A DNA stretch of 35,553 nucleotides from contig PS015389.1 of the NCBI GenBank assembly GCA_048213135.1, forward strand, positions 88,413-123,965, written 5' to 3'. Each line of letters begins with the position of its first letter. Position 1 is the stretch's first letter. The position numbers were made by a program, and so were the translations under genes. Below are positions 18,047-29,242 of the stretch, one piece after another. The DNA comes from Reclinomonas americana ATCC 50394. Its lineage: Eukaryota. A model generated the notes under the pieces. It did no database searches. It was not told the origin of the DNA and saw nothing but the letters and a program-made list of their open reading frames with translations.

Positions 18047-21000
18047 ACACCCCCGCGCCCTTGCAACCCATTGCTGTGGCGCAACAGGATCGCCTCTTGC
18101 GATCGCTCATCGTGAAGCGCGTGATGAGGGAATCACATCGTGGAACAATATCGCAAGTTCGCGTGCACAAGCACGGCGGCGAGGCTGATAATCTGGTGGC
18201 GACCGTCGGCAGCAGTCATGTTGCGGAAGAGGGAGGGAGGGAGAGAGGGGGGAGAGAGAGACAGAGTGCGTGAGCTCTCCAGTGACACGACCATCGCACT
18301 TGCGGTAGAGAGACGAGAGCTCACAGCTGATGTCCAGCGATGTCAGTGCTCACACTACTCCAATGTCGGTATCTGCAAGCATAAAGAGCGCGTGAGCTCT
18401 CCAGAGACCGAGAGAGAATGAGAGCGTGTTGCAGTTGCAAAGCCGGAGAGCCGGAGGCTTTTCTAATTCTTACTCTCTCGCTGAGTTTGCAAAGTGAAGG
18501 CCACTGAGTGAGAGGGAGAGAGAAAGGCGGAACAAACCAAGATAGAGAGTAGACAAGGAGAGATAGATATAGAGACACATGCACCGAGGTGAACGAATTT
18601 GAGAACGAGAGGAGGAAGAGAGTTGAGAAACTCTCCTGCTGGAGTTTGACCTCGTTGTGTTTCGCGCACAGCTCAACATTTACGACTACCGGCGCTTTGT
18701 TGACCACCTCGACATTTTCGTGCAGTACGTGCACGTAGAGACGGCAGAGTCGCGTGCGGGAGTTGCGTGGGCGATGGGTGCGCCGTTGAGTTTATGTGTT
18801 GCTCACTTTGTCGTCGTCTCTCAGGACATTACGTGCTGCGCGTGGCTGTGCCCGCCGGTTCCCGGTGACTGCCAGGTGGCGTTCTCCGTGCACAACGAAG
18901 TGCAAGTGATTGACATTCGAGCCAAGCAGGTCGTGCAGCTGATGCGCACAGGTACGGATGAAGACGGTGTCACTTCTTTGCGATTGCACACACTCAAATT
19001 TGCTCTGTTTCGCTCTTCCAATCACCGCTGCCCTGCTCTCCCCGCCGCCTCGTTGCTCGCTCACTTTCTCCCGGTATCCCTCTCTTTTCGCCCACTCATG
19101 CGAGAGCTGTCGAACCTTCCCATGTTCCCACTCACTTGGTCTTCGTAGAGCTTAGTAACTCCGTCAGTTTCTGCTCAGTAACACTCTCTCCACTCTGTCG
19201 CTCTCTGCCTCTGTCCTTCACTGATCAATCACAAACTAACTTTCACGCTTCACATGTTTCCACTCACACGCACCCTCGTGCTATGACCCGTACATGCGCA
19301 CTCTGTCGATCGCCCTCTCACATATTTGCAGTCGTCCTCTTTTTGTCCCCTTCTTTCGTTCACCACTTCCAAAAGTCTCTGTCTCACAGTTCCTTCTCTG
19401 TCCCTTCAACAATTCTCTCCCGTCACTCTTTCTCCATTTCTCTCCTTTCTCTCCCTTCTTCTCCCCTTCTCTCCCTTCTCACTCTTCTCCCTTCTTCATG
19501 TCTCTCCCTTCTCCATTTCTCTCCCTTCTCACTTCTCTCCCTTCTCACTTTTCTCCCTTCTCCCTTCTCCCTTCTCCCCCTCTCTCCCTTCTCACTCTCT
19601 CTCTCTCTCCTTTCTCCCCCTCTCTCCCTTCTCACTCCCCCTCTCTCCCTTCTCCCCTTCTCCCCCTCACTCCTCCTGTCTCCCTCACTCTGTTCCCCTC
19701 TCTCCCTTCTCCTTTTCTCTTTCAGGTTTCTCGGGCGACATTGTGTGCCTCGAAGCGCACCCACAACTTCCACTATTGGTGATCACCGACAAGACCGGGT
19801 CCGTCATGGTGTGGAATCATCGCCGCGAGCAATGTGTGTACGAGCCGTCGGGATTGTTTGACGCCGTGGTTTGTGCCCTGCCCACAACCTCTCTGCCCAC
19901 AATGCATGCCACTGATGCACCTTCGCGCAGTGCTTTCACCACACCGAGCCAGTGCTCTTCTTGTCGCGACGAGAGGAGATCTTTTCTGTGCGCCTGCCAT
20001 TGTGCTTCTACAAAGGTCTCGCGGCGGAGGAGGAGGAGGGTGCTGCGGCGCCCGAGTGGGATGTTTTCACCGCTGGAGACTTTGGAATGATCAGTTGCGT
20101 CGTGCGTGCCACAACCCCCGTGTTGTTAAGCCATCAATTCACTCTGTGCACCCTGCCCTCACCAGTCAAATTAGAGTGCTGTGGCGATGTGCTGGCCGCG
20201 TTGCCGGCCATTGGCCAACTGTGTGTGTACAATATTTCGAGAAAAGAGGTACTTGTCTCCTGTCGCAGCTCCTGCCGCACATGCCACTTCTCACACATAT
20301 ATTACACAGCGCGTGCTGTCTTTAACGATTCCCGGCAACGCCGGTCATTGCTGCATGGATGTGTCGCGCGATGGCCGGTGGGTCATGGCTGGCTCCGGCG
20401 CCGGCATGCTGTTGCAGGCCATTCCTCCGGACTCGTCCGCACAGCGCTCCGCCAGTATTCTGTTGCGCGACGAATTCATCAAGTCGCGTGTGGTTGACTG
20501 CGCCTTTGCGGCCGACTGTTCGTCGGTGCTGTGCGCCGAAGTGGTGGTGCCGCAGCTGTACAAACTCGAGCCGGACACGTCGGGGCGGAAGCGGGCGGCA
20601 CCGTCGAGCGACGAGGGCGGTGTGGAGGACGGCGCCGATCCTTCGCTGACCAACATGTCGTCGGGCACCGACGGCAGTCTGTGTCAACCATTGTGCAACG
20701 CCACCGGGCCGGCGATCACGGGCTCGCTGGCAATGTCTCTTGCCAGTGGCGAACCGGAACGGAAACGACCAAAGATTCGCCGTAGTGGGTCGCCGTCGGC
20801 CAATGGAACCACCACCTCTGCAAGGAAGAGGACAGGTGGCGGGAGTGCCGCGGCGGCGGCAGCTGCGGCGGCGGCAGCGGCCGCATCGACGGCGACCACA
20901 GGGGCTGGCGGTGCGAGGAAATCGCGCAGGTACTTTTTTGTGTGTGCTGATGTTGATGTTGATGAGGCGCACCGACTTAATTGTTGCGTGCAGGTCGGCC

Positions 21001-21114
21001 GACTCGGACAGTTCGGACTCTGAGTTTGAGGCCTCGTGGCGCGACAAACGGTATTGGCGAGTGATGCTGGCCCAACGCCAGAAGCAGGAGGAACCGGATG
21101 GAGGTGACAAATGA
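18047..21114 (+). CDS. WD40 beta-propeller protein, EED/ESC- or LRWD1-like; first exon probably near 16908; 3' end uncertain
   Basis: Exons 18047-18219, 18672-18761, 18825-18951, 19726-19868, 19931-20093, 20166-20248, 20310-20929 and 20994-21114 give RESHRGTISQV...NLVATVGSSHLNIYD...DITCCAW...GFSGDIVCLEAHPQLPLLVITDKTGSVMVWN...DVSRDGRWVMAGS...VVDCAFAAD. The ATVGS..L.IY and TCAW motifs resemble the first blades of EED/ESC. Basic NLS-like segments (RKRPKIRR) follow. Confidence 0.75.
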
Positions 21115-21427
21115 AGTGCATGGTGGCGAAGCAAACAGGAGAGATGTGCAGCCGCGTCCAACCAGCGAGCGAGTTGCGCTCATGTGGAATTGCTATTGTT
21201 GCTGTTCTTGTGGATGGATTTGCAGAAAGTAGTGCGTTGAGACTGCGGATACTGCTGCACCTGCACTCGACGCCACCTCAGCGGGTGCGGTTGGAGTGCC
21301 TTCTCGCTGACGATCACGAGTTGCGCGGCTCATGCGGGCATGTCGCCTGAGACGGCGGGTTCAAGCACGTGGGTGCCATCGGCGGTACAAATGGGGAAGC
21401 TGCGCGGTGGCTTGGCGGGACGGATCC

Positions 21428-21550
21428 ATGCGCAACCCGCATTTGCACACGCTCGCTATCGCTCCCGACGGTGTGCACGTCGTCACTAGTCACCATGATC
21501 GCAGTTTACGCATGTACGAGCTGCTTTCTGGCGAGCACACTGAATTGTGG
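21428..21550 (+). CDS. Additional WD40 repeat exon or fragment, probably part of the upstream WD40 gene
   Basis: LHTLAIAPDGVHVVTSHHDRSLRMYEL is a typical WD40 blade. Its splice connection to the upstream exons is unresolved. Confidence 0.55.
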
Positions 21551-21599
21551 TACTCAACTCATATTTGTTTCCTGTTTCCTATACTTTTTAATGGCTTGT

Positions 21600-22886
21600 T
21601 CACTCATCTTCACCATCGCCACGGCGCCTCAGCTTCTCCAGCACCTGGCGACCCCTGTGGAGCATCTCATCGGTGGGGTCCGCCGGCAGCTCCTCCTCCT
21701 CCGGATTCGGATCCGTCGAAGAGCTGCCTCCTCCAGCAGCCGCCTGTGCCGCCGGCACCAGCACCTCACGGCACTCCTCCAAGGCGTCGCGGCACAACAG
21801 GTCCACCCACGCTTCCTCCGATTCGAGTGCCGACCACTGACGGTTGTACTTGTCCAGCAGGCAGCGGAGACGGTCAGCGGTGACCAGGCGAAGGGCCATC
21901 AGGCGCGGCGTCACCTTGCGCGGCGCAGGCTTCTTCGCAGCGCCGTCTGCCGCAGCCGAGGCAGCCGCCGCATGAAGCTCGTTCTTGCCAAAGACCATCT
22001 CGCCCTTGTGCTTGCAGCGAGCGTAGTAGTTGACCCACACACAGCGCCGGCCGCCCTTGTACTCGCTCACATGCACCGAGGGCTCCGTCTGGCGGATGAC
22101 GTGACCCTCGCGCACGTACGGCGGAATCGCCGCCAGCGCCGCGGGGTCGTCCTTAAGCACCAGCGCCGGAATTCCCGTCGGCTCCCGCAAGTGATCCAGC
22201 GACCACTGCACGCACTCGGCCAGAGTGCCGGCAAAGACCGTGGTCACACAGTGCAGGCCCACCAACTCGCACAAAGCCTGCACCTGATCCAGCGGCAGGA
22301 AATGCGCCTGCAGTCGGCGTAGCTCCTCTCCATCGTCCGGAGCCTCGAGCTCGTCGCCATCGACGTCCTCCGCCGCTGATCCTGCCGGCCGCGGGGCCAC
22401 CACCGCCACGTCGAAAATGGCAAAGGCCTTGTCATGGCGGTAGTACGCACCCTTCTGGACGCCAGCGCCATACACCTCCCCGTAGAACTGCACCGACACG
22501 GCATCGGGCAGCGGCAACGGATGCTCCAGCTCACGCACGAACCGACGAAAGGCCGGCGCCAGTGAGTGCAGGTGAGACCGGGCTCCAAACAAATGCTGTT
22601 CGCTGTGACCCTCGCCGCCGCCGCCCTCTCCCGCAAGAGGACCCAAGGCCACATTGCGCGTGGCCGCGTGCAGCGGCAGGTCGTCGTCCACCACTGCATC
22701 TGCAGTCAACGGCACGATAACGGAGCAGTTGGCGCCGTGCAGTTTCTCCGTCACCACACACGGGGCGCCTGGGTGCCAATGGCCACCTTCGTCGTCATTG
22801 CGCAACCCGCCGCTGCGGTGGAACAACTTCTCGGAGTAGTTGTTGAAGCTGGGGTAGGGCAGGAAGGGTGGTGCGCGCTCAGACAT
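21600..22886 (-). CDS. ATP-dependent RNA ligase, Rnl2 family (T4 Rnl2 / kinetoplastid REL-like), single exon, ~428 aa
   Basis: Probable ATG at 22886. N-terminus FLPYPSFNNY, motif I VTEKLHGANCS (KxHGxN), motif III FYGEVYGAGVQKGAYY, motif IIIa FAIFDVAV, motif IV REGHVIR, motif V RCKHK, and an Rnl2 C-terminal domain (VTADRLRCLLDK...LLCRDALEE, cf. T4 Rnl2 VTLNRVNNVISK...QDILEE). ATTAAA lies just after the stop (21592-21587). Confidence 0.92.
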   Translation of the reverse strand: MSERAPPFLPYPSFNNYSEKLFHRSGGLRNDDEGGHWHPGAPCVVTEKLHGANCSVIVPLTADAVVDDDLPLHAATRNVALGPLAGEGGGGEGHSEQHLFGARSHLHSLAPAFRRFVRELEHPLPLPDAVSVQFYGEVYGAGVQKGAYYRHDKAFAIFDVAVVAPRPAGSAAEDVDGDELEAPDDGEELRRLQAHFLPLDQVQALCELVGLHCVTTVFAGTLAECVQWSLDHLREPTGIPALVLKDDPAALAAIPPYVREGHVIRQTEPSVHVSEYKGGRRCVWVNYYARCKHKGEMVFGKNELHAAAASAAADGAAKKPAPRKVTPRLMALRLVTADRLRCLLDKYNRQWSALESEEAWVDLLCRDALEECREVLVPAAQAAAGGGSSSTDPNPEEEELPADPTDEMLHRGRQVLEKLRRRGDGEDE

Positions 22887-23197
22887 GGTTGTGAAAAAAA
22901 GTAGGGGGAGGGAACGCAACAATTGGGGGGGATCGCGAGAGAAGTTTTTTTGGGGGGGATGCATATGGGACTTTTGAACTGTGGGTGCCTGTGCATGTCG
23001 AACGTACACAGGTTGCGAGACCCTGTGAGGGTTGGGGGACACCTCCAAAACGAGGTGAATAATGGTGGCCCCTGAGATGCATGAAAAAGGCGGACGTCAG
23101 AGGCCTCAAGCTCAGCAGCTCCAGATTTAGACTTGCGCCACTCGCTTCCTGAAACATCAATCGCGCTGCAGAATCCTTGACGATTCTTGTGGGTCAG

Positions 23198-23332
23198 TGG
23201 ATAATGCTGATCTGCGCCATGACGAAAGTTGGCGGCAATTGCAAGGGATTTGTGGGCGTTGGAATGAAGTGTACTTGTTCGACCCTCGACCCTTGACCCT
23301 TAGTAGGACAAGGCGCAGATCAACTTTATCCA
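23198..23332. other. Imperfect inverted repeat / potential ~135-nt hairpin in the divergent intergenic region
   Basis: TGGATAATGCTGATCTGCGCC (23198-23218) is complementary to GGCGCAGATCAACTTTATCCA (23312-23332) at 19/21 positions. Inner CAAGGG/CCCTTG and AAGT/ACTT arms are also present. Confidence 0.6.
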
Positions 23333-23446
23333 ACCGCCGTTTCTGAAAGTGAAGAACGAGCAGTCGACATTTTTGTGTTAACTTCGCCAGTATCTCCGCT
23401 CAGGACACACAGGACATGCCCGTTTCAACAAAAAGCACACACACAA

Positions 23447-26400
23447 ATGTCGCGACGACGACTGCAAGCCATCCCCGACTCACCAGGACCGCAGCCCACC
23501 GTCCTGCTGCTGGCCACTGGCGGCGGACCCAGCAGCCCACAAACAATGGACACACTCGACTCGTTCCGTCTCGGGCGCCTCTATCCCGACTCGCCCACCT
23601 CGCCCTCCTCACCCAGCACCACCAACGGCTCACCACACACAACAACAACAACAACAACAACAACAACGGCCACCAGCGCCACGTCACCACGCGGCGGGTT
23701 GTCGTTGATTGAGCGTCAACCGACGGCCATTCAACGTTTGCTGCAGCAGGCGAACGTTGTGTCGTCCTCGGCCGCTGTCTACATGGAGCAGGTGGCTAAA
23801 CGGACGGCCAAACAGCAGCAGCAGCAGCAGCAGGCTGAGTCAGCGGCATTGTCTCCGGCGATGGTGGCCTCGGCCAAGCAGATGGATAAGGCTGCGACGC
23901 AAATGGTGAATATTGGAGGCAGGCAGGGGGCGAAGGGGAGGGAGGGGTAGAGAGAGGGGAAAGAGGGGGAAGGGGAGGGGAAAAGGGACGGTGAACGGAA
24001 GGGGACAGGCAGAGGAAGAGAAATGAGAGATATCGAGAAGGAGAAGGGAACCAGGAAGACGGGAGGGGGAGGAGGAAATGGAAGGGAGAGAGGGAGGGAA
24101 AGAGGGAGGGAAAGGGAAGGGGAAAGGGAGGAGGAAAGGGGGGAAGGGAAGGGGAATGACAGAGGAAGAGAACTGAGAGATATCGAGAAAAAGAAGGGAA
24201 TAGAAAGACGGGAGGGGGAGGAGGAAAGGGGAGGGAGTGGAGGGAAACGGAAGGGAAAGAGGGAGGGAAAGGGAAGGGGTAAGGGAGGAGGAAAGGGAGG
24301 GGGAGGGAAGGGGAATGACAGAGGAAGAGAACTGGGAGATATCGAGAAAAGAAGTGAGGCAGGAAGGGAGGAAGAAAGGAGAAGGGAAGAGACGGGCAAG
24401 GCAGAGGAAGAGAACTGGGAGAATCAGAGAAGGGAAGTAAGAGAAGAGGAACTGGGAGAAAGAGACAAGGGAGGTTGTAAAGAGAGGTTGAGTGAGAGGA
24501 AGAGAGGGGAAAAGGGAGGGAGAAGAACAGCGTCCCTCAATATCTCTCACTTCTATTCCACTTCCCCTCCCCTTCCCCTCCCCATTCCCCTTCTTTTCCC
24601 CTTTCTTCCTCTCTCTTTCCCTTGCCTTTCCTTCTCCCTTTCCCTTGCCTTTCCTTCTCCCTTTCCCTCCGTTCTCCAGCCTCACTTCCCTTCTCGATAT
24701 CTGCCTTTCCCCCCTTCTTCTTTCCCCTTCTTCCACCCTCCTCTCTCTTCCCTCTCTCACTGTTCGGTCGTTGGTTTCGTTTTTCGCGCAGCTTCTGCAA
24801 AGTGAAGTGATGGAATACCGACACCAGTTGAGATTACGCGCCAAGGACATTCGGAGGCTGGAACTGGAGGTGCAAGCTCGCGACGATGCGCTCGTCTACA
24901 GTGAGATCCAGCTCAACAAGAAAATGTTGCGTGCTTGGTTTTTCTCGCCCTTGGCGTTCGTGATCTCAATGCTTTGTGCGCAGTGTGGAGTTGAAACGAG
25001 CGCGAGATGCGGCAAGTATGATGCGCGTGCTGAAGGATGCAGATGTTCATGAGGAGAGGAGGTTGGTGATTTGAAAGGAAAGGAGGTCTTGTGGCAGCTG
25101 CTTGACTCACTGTGGTGGCGCAGGAAAAACGAACGCGTGATGATGATGATGGAGGACATTTCAGCAGAGTTTATGCGTGCCAAGTTGCGACTGCGTGGCT
25201 TGTCTTGATACTGGTCGTGTCAGATGTCTCTTTCCGCCCGCCTCATTGTGCAAGCAATCCTCCCCTGATGTCATTGACTTGTCCATGTTCTTCCGTCTCC
25301 TACCTTCCATCTTCCCCTTCTCCCTCCTCCCTTCTCCCTTCTCCCTCCTCCCCCCTTCCGGCTTCCCCTTCCGTCCCCCCCTCCAGTCATTACCGCTTCT
25401 GTCTTTACCTCTTCCCCCTTCCATCATCCCCTTCTCTCTCCTTTCCCCTTCCGTCTTCTCTTCCGTCTTCCCCGTTCCTCTTCCGTCTTCCCCTCTTCCC
25501 CCTTCCCCCTTCTCCCCCTTCCACCCTTCCCCCTTTCACCCTTCCTCCCTTCCCCCTTCTCCCTTCTCCCACTTCTCCCTCCCCCTTTCCCCCTTCTCCC
25601 TCTTTCCCCCTCTTTCCCCTTCTATCCCCCCTTCCCCCCCTCCCTCCCTTCTCACCCCCACTTCCCCCCTCAGATACCGCGCCTGGTTTGCGCTCTCCCC
25701 CACCGCCGCCGCCAAAACCGCCCGCCACGTCTACTCCCCCGACGGCTACACCCCTGCCGAGGCCGCCGCCTCCCAACTCCTCGTGCACAACGACTGGGTG
25801 GAGCGCTCCTCGCAAACTGTGTTTGACTACGAAGCCACGGCGCAGCAGGCGGCCGAGCAGTACCGCTTGCAGACCGAGGAGCTGATCGCGGAACGCGATG
25901 CTCGCGAGGCCGCACTCCAACAGGAGATCACTCGCCGTGGCGAACTCGTGCATGCCGTGGAGGCTGAGGTGACGCGACTGCGCATGTTCTGCAAGCAGCT
26001 GCAGGAGCAAATCGAGCAGCTGAAGAGCACGCATCACGATGCGGAAATGACGCGACAGTTGCGTTTGTCTTTCCGTTTTATTTGGAGCAGCTTATCTTGC
26101 CTCCACTCACACCTCTGCAACAGAAAGCAAGCCGACCGCGATCGTGCGCGCATTGCCGAACTGGAGCTGATTGTCACCGAGGGCGAGAGCAACATTGACA
26201 GTCTGCAGGACGAGAACAACGTTTTGCGTGCGCGCATGGAAGTTGCGCTGATTTACCTGTGGAGAGTTGAAATGCCTCAACGTCACGCTCATCTCTCTCT
26301 CCCTCGCAGAAACTGGAGGACATTGTGCTCACGGGCAAGGCGTCACTGTACAAGACCAAGGCCGCTCTGCACAAGGCTCTCCTCAATGCACCAGCGCTGC

Positions 26401-29242
26401 GCGTCAACGATCGTGCCGGCAGTGAGGCGTTTCCCGCGGCCAAGGACGGGCGTGCGATTTTCGATTACCACCACCCCGACCGCACGCAGTCGTACGAGCG
26501 TGTCGACAACAAGGCACTGGCGCTGCCGGGTACGCGTACCGGCAGCAGTGGTGGCAAGCGCAACAGCTTGGCCGGTGCACGGAGCCCGCGTCGGATGCAA
26601 CGACCGCCAGTGTTGCAAATGTCGATGCCCTCGTCTGCTGCGCCCGCCGATGTTCCCGCCAGTCCGCACTTTAGTCCGTCGGTTTCCGGCCGTCGGTCTC
26701 TCATGGACAGTGACGCCGCATACGCGCGCTTCGGCTCCGACGATGCTCCGAGGTTATTCTCAGAGGAGGCTCCGCCGCCGGATGATGACTTTGGCGACGC
26801 AGATAATGGTATTGGTGGTGGTGGTGGTGGTGGTGATGAGTATGGACATGGAGTGGGGGATAGTGACGATGGCGTTCGTCGTGCATTCAGCGAGGACGTG
26901 GCTGGTGGCGATGGTGTGCTGGTCGGCGATGTTGTTGATGATGATGACGACCACGGAGACGATGATGACGATGATGATGATGATGATGATGATGATGGTG
27001 ATGGTGGGTTTGGTGGAGTACCACGGGCGGTGCTCCTGCGACGGAGCAGCCGATCCATGTCGCAGGCTTCGTTTTTGGATGGTTCACTGGTGACTGTGCG
27101 TCTCCAAGACATGAGCGCGCTGTCATTACTTCGTGACGTGTGTGCGTGGGTGGCTGGCGAGTGTCACGCGGAGCGCTACTCGCTGTTCCTGCGTACCAGT
27201 GATCCGGAGACGGTGGCCGCGCTGCTCATGTCGCACTGCGACTCGCTCATGCCGTTCTGTTTGACCAACAGTAGCGGCATTGTGTCGTCGGTGATTCAGA
27301 CGAGCAGCACGCAGAATGTGCCGAATGCCTATGAGGTGGGGCAGGAGAGGGAGGGGAGAGGGAGATGGAGAGGGAGAGAGGAGGGAGGGGTAGGGGGAGA
27401 GAAGGAAGGAGGCGAGGGAGGGAGAGAGAGAAACTCATTCTTCACATTCAGAGAGAAACTCATTTCTTCTGTTTCAGATAGAGAGAGAGACTCATACTTC
27501 TTGTTTTTCAGAGAGAGACTCACCTTCTCTTTCACAAAGAGAGAGACTTTTCTTCATTTCCAGAGAGAGAGAGACTCATTCTTCTCTTTTTGAGAGAGAG
27601 ACTCATTCTTCTCTTCCAGAGAGAGAGAGAGACTCATTATCCTCTGCCATGGAGAAGAGAGAGAGACTTATTTCTCTGTTTCAGAGGGAGGGGGACTCAT
27701 TCTTCTCTTCCAGAGAGAGAGACTCATTCTTCTCTTCCAGAGAGAGAAACTCATTCTTCTCTTTTGGATAGAGACTCATTCACCTCTGTCAGAGAGAGGA
27801 AGACTTTTCTTCTCTTCCAGAGAGAGAGAGAGACTCATTCTTCGCTTTCAGAGAGAGAGAGAGAGAAAGACTCATGCTCCTCTTTCAGGGAGAGAGAAAG
27901 ACTCATTCTCCTCTTTCAGAGAGAGACCCATACTTCTTTTCAGAGAGAGGAAGACTCATTCTTCTCGTTCAGAGAGAGTTTCGCTTCTCTCTCTCTCTCT
28001 CTCTCTCTCCGCAAAGTGCATTCCTTTGATCTCGCACTGACCTTTCGCATTGATCTGCGCAGAGTGAACAATTCTCAACCAAGGCCGACGAAGCAACGGG
28101 CCTCGTCACGCGCGCACTGCTGGTCGTGCCTCTTGTGCAGTCGTCGGGGCCGGCAATTGGCGCCCTCGAGCTCGTCAACACCACGGGCGGCAAGGAGGCG
28201 GTGCGTGAGCCATTGACCTTTGCATATTTTCAATTTCACCCTTTCCCTCACAAACGCATCGCAGTTCTCGCTGCTGGACGCACAAGTGGCGCGCTTTGCC
28301 GCCTACCTGTGCAGTCGCATCCTGGAGAACTCGCCACTGGCGCTGCCGCAGCCGCCAGAGTTGGTAGGCATGCTGATGAATCCGGTGACTGGCGAGCGGC
28401 AAGTGATGCAACGACTGCTGCGAGAACAATTGGTGTGCCACCAGGCCACCTCGCCAGTGGCGGCTCTCAAGTCACCGCCGCATCGCACCGCCTCCAACGC
28501 GCCCACCACCGACGACGCAGTCAACATGCTGGTGACACCGCGCTCCCGACCACGCATCCTCACCACGTTCACCACGTGGTGGCGCTCCGCGCAACGCGAA
28601 TCCGAAAACGGGCCCTACCTGGCCGGCCCACCGCCAATGTCGGAACGCACACCCGTCTACCGCCGTCGTGCCACGCTTGCGGCCGGCGGCGGACCAAACG
28701 GACCCGGCGATGTGGGTTCGCCGCGTCGTGTGACCCCGCTCGATTCGGTCGCCATTTCCGGCATCCGGCCCGGCCAGGCATCGACGCCGGCCTCGAGTGC
28801 ACGGCTGGCGGCGGCTCCCGTTCCACCGTCGGTGGTGGCCAGCTCACCTCTACGTCGACCCTCGGTCGGCGGCCCCTCAACACCGCGACGCCCCAGCCTC
28901 GGTGGTCGCCAGCAGGGAATGTCGCAGTCCCTCGACCGCACCATCTCGATCAACAGCTCCGAAGGCGACGGGGCGGAGGTGCGCCGGATACCGTCGCTGG
29001 CGGCCGAGATCGAGCGGCTTCCACTGCTGTCGCCGCGCTTGCCAGTCGCCCCGTCCGCACCGTCGACTCCGCGCGTCACTCTGCCGGATTTGTCGCCGCG
29101 GCCACCGCCGCTCGCGCATTCGTCGTCGACGGATGCACTGCAGACGCGGTCGGCGGTGCCGCCGGCCAATGCGAGGAAGAGGCGGCTCACGCATGCCGCC
29201 ATTGTCACGCCGCCGACCGGGCAGGGGCAGGGGCCGTTGTGA
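23447..29242 (+). CDS. Coiled-coil + GAF-domain protein with long Pro/Ser-rich tails
   Basis: ATG at 23447. Exons 23447-23905, ~24791-24925, ~24984-25060, ~25124-25183, 25674-26057, 26124-26241, 26310-27335, 28063-28200 and 28265-29242. GAF signature: AERYSLFL...SGIVSSVIQTSSTQNVPNAYESEQFSTKADEATGLVTRALLVVPL...IGALELVN...FSLLDAQ. Confidence 0.8.
27420..28010. repeat. Intronic minisatellite (CAGAGAGAGAGACTCATTCTTCTC-like units)
   Basis: Many copies of GAGAGACTCATTCTTCTCTT lie inside the intron that splits the GAF domain. Confidence 0.85.

Noticed and set aside
21340-21420. In-frame TGA in GHVA*DGGFKHVGAIGG as possible readthrough, selenocysteine or alternative genetic code
   Set aside because: There is no recognisable homology across the TGA, other genes here end normally at TGA or TAA, and unresolved splicing is a simpler explanation.
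22887-23048. 54-aa N-terminal extension of the ligase from the non-ATG start in the ORF track
   Set aside because: It starts at TTG and runs through homopolymer tracts; Rnl2 homology begins just after ATG 22886.
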